This document shows positions 45,361 to 51,096 of a stretch of 51,096 bases of DNA, one piece after another. The notes under the pieces were generated by a model that saw nothing but the letters and a program-made list of their open reading frames with translations, searched no databases and was not told where the DNA came from. The position numbers were made by a program, and so were the translations under genes. Position 1 is the stretch's first letter, and each line of letters opens with the position of its first letter. The DNA is from Corallochytrium limacisporum Hawaii (lineage: Eukaryota > Protista > Pluriformea), in contig PDIP01000065.1 of NCBI GenBank assembly GCA_002811645.1, positions 20,003 through 71,098 on the forward strand, in the 5' to 3' direction.

Positions 45361-46393
45361 TGTTGCTTGTCGTTCAAAAACCAGAGTAGTCTAAACAAGT
45401 AAGGATCTAGCCTTGATTCCTGATAAGCAAAGGATCCGACCACAAGCGAATCATGCTAAATACCATTTATTTCACAACGACCTCACAAAAATTGGTATCC
45501 ATTTGATCATAGTTCCACGGTGCTGTAATAACCAGATGTCGTTTGGCTAGAGTGGATATGCCATCATACCGATGCATATGGATTCCGCCCTTTCCCCTCA
45601 ATGTCACGAGGGGTGTGGACGGTACCGATCGGCCGCCGAAAGGAGGGGGCAAATTGCTTCTCCTACCGATCAACCATATTCGGTACACCGTGCTGATCAC
45701 CGGGACAATCGGTAACGGCACTGCGTTTGAGCAAATCCGGCACGCCTTTTCGTATCTCTTCACCAATTGATCATCGTCACCGATGAATAGCCAAAAACAT
45801 CCGAGTGACGTGACTGTTATGCATCACTTTGTATGCGTGCAGCAGAACATGTGGATGTAGTGTCACAGTGCGTTGTGAACGACTTCCGGAGTCGTTATTC
45901 TCTATGTTGCCACTTGGAAACCAATATAAAGAAAGTTGCTGTGTGCAGTGAAATGAGAGTTGCTAAATGTTAGCCGCAGTCAGATTCCTGCAGACAGACA
46001 GTGCACACACGTTTGCTCTCTTTGAAAGCTTGCCCTATTTGCCTATCCCGGAGCTTTGCCAAACATGTTTACACTGCTTGCACAAGAAAGAATGCAGCGG
46101 ATCATTTACAACAGACGGTCCCGATCATCGGATCCGTGACGTCTACTTGTATGTTCGCTGCCACAAGCTAACGATGCACTAAGCCAATATTCCCGACTAT
46201 CATGTTTCCAATCACTTGGTCGATTTTGCTTGTGACCGGGTGCATCCCTTCCAACAGCTTTTCGCGGATGGAGAGTTCATTTAAATGACCGCCCTTTCAT
46301 ACGAGGAAATAAAACTGAGAGCCATTGTGCACAACTTGGCTCCCCATCTGACTAACAAAAGAATCGACAGCAATTATCCATATACTCATCTGA

Positions 46394-46881
46394 TTAGCGG
46401 TTGTACACGAAATCAAGCCGGCAGCGGGGGTATTTTACGTGAGGTGTCTGTGTCCGTTTTCGATTCCGTCTGGACAGTGTGCCACTGCCACCAATCAAAG
46501 GACATGTCAATTGTCTATTGCTGATGGACCGAGTCACACTGGCATCCAAATCACTGTTGCAGTTCAACACGCTGCTCAAGTCATATACTGTCACCTGGGC
46601 TCTGCCATACATATTATCATTGGCGCCGTTTCATACGACATGCCTTCAAGAGCACTGGCTTTGATGGTGCATACTGCACTCTCAGATCCAGACCTGTACG
46701 TGGTGACAATGTTACCGTACATCAAATTTTCGAAATTCTTCGCCGTGGGTAGGCTCTCGGCGGTCTTTCGTACAATTATTTCCCAGTCCATTGGTATATC
46801 ATCAAAGGTTGGTACGGTGGTAGTAGAAAGGATTGAGTTCTGTTGATTACTAAACCGCAGGCTTCTTGAGGTGGAGGTCAT
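46394..46881 (-). pseudogene. Possible frameshifted gene remnant
   Basis: A 96-aa ATG ORF (46591-46881) overlaps a second-frame ORF ending at 46394. Both read as protein-like, but no family is recognised. Confidence 0.25.
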
Positions 46882-48139
46882 CCGGGGTCTTACTAGGAAA
46901 AGGCCCCCCCCCTTCTCCCCAAACCTGCCTTAGTTGAATACCAACTTATTCTGCTTTAGCTGTATTCTCGTAAAGGGAGTGGTACACGATGAATTTGCAT
47001 AGTACGTCGCAGAAAGAAAGTACGACAAGTAATGAGATCGATCTTCTTGCACCACCACCACCACCACCCCCCCGCCGGGACCCGCCAAGAGCAAATAAAT
47101 GTTGCCTATTCGGAACTTGAGCCAGTTAGCGTTGCTCGATTGACTGGTAGTACGCTGGGAGGAAGTACTACCGAAGTTATTGGGAATTTCGTAAACTTTT
47201 TAGGGTTAACAAGGGCACAAATATGAGTTGGTTCAGAGGGTTAATTGGGATGGATTCATTACTAGTAGTGTCATTCTATTCAATGGTCTCGAACGGGTAA
47301 CTTGGTTTTCCCGTTTGATTGCTTTCAATAGTGCACTCTACACCGAGAGTTGTCCTGTGTACAGTACATGAGTGCAGAATTGCTTCAATTTGCTTCCGCT
47401 TTCGGTAAACGGGTGCCTTGAGTCGCCTAGTTATGGAAGGAAATGAAGGCGATCCACAGTAAGAATCGTGACTCGGAGTCCACAGGCATAGAAAGGATAA
47501 CCGAATGTACGTTCATGCGTACCGGCCGCATCCTAGGACTTAACCAGCAAAGGCGACTGGAATGACAATTTTGCTTTACACATGATTTGCTCGCCACTAA
47601 ATAGACATTGGGTCACACACCGGAGAACACTTACACTTTTGACCCTCCATTGTACACATAGGTGGACTTAGCAGCCGTCGACGATCAGATTCCGAATATG
47701 GTCCAAAACGCTCCCAGTTCCCCTGTACCACCACCAAACCAAACGACTGTGGGATTACTCGGTCTGCGTAAAATCGTGGTTGCTCGCTTGTTAAGCAGTC
47801 GCCACCGATAGGATATCGGACTCTCTTTCCTTGTTATAGGTCAAGTCGAACATACATTGTAAACCACGAACTCTGAGGTACCATTACTGCCACACACGAT
47901 GGGGCCAGCTAGCATCCTAGCTATCGTGATGAAAGATTAAGGGAGGCGATCGGAGAGAGCAGTTGTAGACATACTAGATGGCCCTATGCTACAGGGAACT
48001 GCCAACTTCAGTGGAAGGATGAGGAAGCGAGTGTAGTGTGGAACGATCCGTTATCAGGGAATCGTTGACAAAGAAAGACAGTTCTTGTACTCACCGGGCC
48101 AAGAGAGGTATCGCATACGAAAATGGCGTAAACACACGT

Positions 48140-48156
48140 ATTTGAGCTCGCCAACC

Positions 48157-48200
<44 letters not shown>

Positions 48201-48285
48201 CACAGACTGACATACAACTCNNNNNNNNNNNNNNNNNNNNNNNNNNNNNNNNNNNNNNNNNNNNNNNNATTTGAGCTCGCCAACC

Positions 48286-48335
<50 letters not shown>

Positions 48336-48355
48336 CACAGACTGACATACAACTC
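48140..48355. other. Assembly gap (48 N, 48221-48268) flanked by a duplicated (CA)n-containing segment
   Basis: atttgagctcgccaaccagta(CA)n cgttcacagactgacatacaactc occurs on both sides of the gap, with about 18 versus 21 CA units. Confidence 0.9.
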
Positions 48356-48480
48356 TTGTAGTTGATCCGTAGCTTACCTAGAGCCACTGACTTAGCAGTA
48401 GATTCTTATATGACACAGCTCAGTGTGACAATGTGTATGGTCTAATATTCGTGCTCAGTTTCTTGCGCTATACTGGCAAA

Positions 48481-50481
48481 ATGGCCGAAGAAGCATATAT
48501 ACGAGCATGTACCAATGGCGACGTGGACAGCGTCAGCACACTCGCAGAGAGACATGGGGTCAATTTTAAATTAGGTACGGCCGGATACAATCCACTTCAC
48601 TATGCGGCACAAGAGGGCCATGAGATGGTTGTTCGGTACCTTGTCGGGGTAAAAGGTGCAAACATTGAGGTCACGGACCGACTTGGTATGACTCCTCTTC
48701 ATTTTGCAGCTGACAAAGGTCATGTAGCCATTGTCCGCTACTTAGTAGGGGAGATGGGTGCCAATGTTGAGGCCAAGAGCAGATCCAAGAGTACCGCATT
48801 GCATTTGGCCTCCCGGGAAGGCCGGGTGGCTGTGGTGCGGGACTTGGTAGGGGAATTGGGTGCCAGCGTTGATGCCAAAGATGCGACTGGATGGACTCCT
48901 TTGCACTTTGCCGCGGACAAGGGTCAAATGGTAGTAGTACAGTACTTGGCGGAAAAGAATGGAGCCAAAATCGATGCCAAAAGCAGGTCGGAAAGAACAC
49001 CGCTGCATTTGGCCGCGTACAACGGCCATTATACTGTAGTGCGGTATTTGGTAGGGGAGGCGGGAGCTAATTTCGAGGCAGAGGATTGGAACAGATGGAC
49101 CGCACTGCATTTTGCTGCCGATAAAGGCCATGAGGCGGTAGTACGGTACTTAGCTAGTCAGTGGAATGCAAATATCAAGGCAACTACTACGCACAGTATG
49201 ACTCCACTACACTATGCCGCAGATAAAGGTCATGAGGCCGTCGTTAGGTACTTAGTAGGGGAGAAAGGTGCCAATGTCGAGGAGATTGCCATCCACCGTA
49301 TGACCCCATTGCATTTTGCAGCGGACAAAGGCCATGTAGCGGTTGTCCAATACTTAGTTGGAGAAATGTCTGCCAACGTTGAGGCTCAAAACGTGAGCAG
49401 TTGTACCGCATTGCACTATGCCGCTGATCAGGGCAATTTGGCGGTAGTGAGATATTTGACCGGAGAGGCACATGCGAATGTGGAGAGCAAAAACGAGGAC
49501 GGCAAAACCCCTCTACATTTCGCCGCCGACAAAGGCCGAGAGGCTGTGGTGCGATATTTAGCAGGTGAGATCGGTGCCAATGCTGAGGCCACTGCAATGT
49601 ATTCCATGACCCCATTACACTATGCCGCAGACAAGGGGCGTTTGGGAGTTGTGCGGTATTTGGCCGGAGTCACGGGTGCCAACGTTGAGGCAAAGAGCAA
49701 GTTTGAAAGTACACCACTACACTGTGCAGCAGACAAGGGGCACGTAGAAGTCGTACGTTATCTAGTTGGAAATGTGGGTGCGAAAGTCGAGACAAAGGAT
49801 ACATACGGTATGACTCCGCTGCACTACGCAGCCGACAAAGGCCATGTAGCTGTTGTGCGCTGCTTGGTTGGTGGAAACGTCGAGAGCAGGAGCAAGGACG
49901 GTCAGACACCGCTCCACTTTGCGGCAGACAAAGGCCATGATGCAGTAGCGCGGTACTTAATCGATGAGAGACATGCCAATGTGGAGGCCAAAAGCAGATC
50001 TGAAAGCACCCCGCTGCACATGGCCGCATACAATGGCCACGAAACGTTAGTACGGTACTTAGCAGGGAAGGCACGCGCCAACATTGAGGCCGAGGACTGG
50101 AACAGGTGGACTCCACTCCATTTTGCCGCCGACAAGGGCCATGAAGTAGTGGTGAAGTATTTGGTGGCGGAGAAAGGCGCTAATGTCAATGCCAGGGACT
50201 CGACCAGAAGCACGCCGCTACACTTTGCAGCCACGAAGGGACATGAAGGCGTTGTGCGTTACTTGGTCAGGCAAGAAGACAATGACATTGAGGCAGAAGA
50301 TCGCATCAGATGGACCGCCCTCGACTATGCCACACAGAATGGCCATACCGCGGTGGGTCAGCTCTTGGTTGCGGCGAAACAAGCCAGTGTCGAGCGCAAG
50401 GAAAGCAAGAGTTGTACCCCGAGAATGCAAAGACGTGTACCTCCACGTGTTCCACTGCGAAGGCCTAGCACTAGAGCATAG
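48481..50481 (+). CDS. Ankyrin-repeat protein (about 18 repeats, mostly 34 aa)
   Basis: Tandem TPLH(F/Y)AADKGH..VVRYLVGE.GANVEA repeats. The first ATG is at 48481; the track start 48433 is GTG. Confidence 0.95.
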   Translation: MAEEAYIRACTNGDVDSVSTLAERHGVNFKLGTAGYNPLHYAAQEGHEMVVRYLVGVKGANIEVTDRLGMTPLHFAADKGHVAIVRYLVGEMGANVEAKSRSKSTALHLASREGRVAVVRDLVGELGASVDAKDATGWTPLHFAADKGQMVVVQYLAEKNGAKIDAKSRSERTPLHLAAYNGHYTVVRYLVGEAGANFEAEDWNRWTALHFAADKGHEAVVRYLASQWNANIKATTTHSMTPLHYAADKGHEAVVRYLVGEKGANVEEIAIHRMTPLHFAADKGHVAVVQYLVGEMSANVEAQNVSSCTALHYAADQGNLAVVRYLTGEAHANVESKNEDGKTPLHFAADKGREAVVRYLAGEIGANAEATAMYSMTPLHYAADKGRLGVVRYLAGVTGANVEAKSKFESTPLHCAADKGHVEVVRYLVGNVGAKVETKDTYGMTPLHYAADKGHVAVVRCLVGGNVESRSKDGQTPLHFAADKGHDAVARYLIDERHANVEAKSRSESTPLHMAAYNGHETLVRYLAGKARANIEAEDWNRWTPLHFAADKGHEVVVKYLVAEKGANVNARDSTRSTPLHFAATKGHEGVVRYLVRQEDNDIEAEDRIRWTALDYATQNGHTAVGQLLVAAKQASVERKESKSCTPRMQRRVPPRVPLRRPSTRA

Positions 50482-51081
50482 AAACGACAATTCCAAATCA
50501 TTTTGCAATCATATTTATAGCAATAAGCACTTACGCTTTTGAATCACTACGCTGTACATTTACACAATTCTTCAGATGTACGCCATGTTCAAGACAGCGC
50601 GAGGTCAAAAGATCTCCCAGTCCGAGGACTGTTTTGTCACCACCCTTGAGTATGGGGCTAGAGGGTCATCCATGCTAAAGTGGCTGTTGTGTGCTTATTA
50701 TGTGTTGCAGGAAAGCGTCACCGTCTTCGCCACTTTGGACTTGTCCACAGTCTATGGCGACGAGCGCGGCAGCGTAAATGACGATGTTTAACTTGAGCAT
50801 TGTTAACTGGTTGACTACTTTAATAATAGGATCAATTCCTATCTAACTCTTACACCGTCTTCAGTAGACTTTGCCCTCCTTACTTTGCAATCTTACTTCA
50901 TCTGTATTCCATAGCAGGGTTTGTAAATTGGATACCTATATCACGATTCAGTTGGCGCAGAACGACTGCGTCTATGTGACCAGCCTGTTGCTTCCAGACC
51001 CCCACCGGGGGGATGGTACTCGGAAGGTGGACTTCCAGCGAACTTTCTCCCTACCCGCCGGACACATCTCTTGCTGAAAAG

Positions 51082-51096
51082 TTTAGGGTTAGGGTT
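51082..51096 (+). repeat. Start of telomeric repeat (TTAGGG)n, probable chromosome end
   Basis: The window ends ...tTTAGGGTTAGGGTT, with the G-rich strand running toward the end as expected. Only about 2.3 units are visible. Confidence 0.7.

Noticed and set aside
46430-46593. Several in-frame TGA codons after ORF 46591-46881, suggesting selenocysteine or readthrough
   Set aside because: The adjacent frame is open and more protein-like, no SECIS is evident, and real genes here use TGA as a normal stop.
48140-48355. Direct repeat flanking the N run, resembling a target-site duplication or tandem element
   Set aside because: It is centred on a scaffold gap and a CA microsatellite, so it is most simply an unmerged contig overlap.
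1-51096. CRISPR arrays, transposases, rRNA or prokaryotic operons
   Set aside because: No spaced direct repeats, terminal inverted repeats, RT or transposase motifs, or rRNA signatures seen; the gene set is eukaryotic.

Overview
Eukaryotic chromosomal window with 14 essentially intron-free protein genes. It ends in TTAGGG repeats, so it is probably the last 51 kb of a chromosome arm. Housekeeping and signalling genes come first: a Baeyer-Villiger-type flavin monooxygenase, dolichol kinase, Ctf8, an oversized Nup133, a PDZ-SH3-GK MAGUK, COA8, an RDH-like SDR, a RhoGAP, Sen54 and a double START-like protein. A subtelomeric block follows: a membrane-anchored CD73-like 5'-nucleotidase head-to-head with a bacterial-type secreted LTD/OB/EEP nuclease, a small secreted orphan, and a protein made of 34-aa ankyrin repeats. 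A MAGUK, TTAGGG telomeres and near absence of introns suggest an intron-poor unicellular holozoan such as Corallochytrium; this is inference, not a database result. Best candidate system: the nuclease/nucleotidase pair as an extracellular nucleic-acid scavenging module. Also notable are a recurrent C11-13/G-run element upstream of genes and nearly strict alternation of gene orientation. All family calls come from motif recognition by eye.
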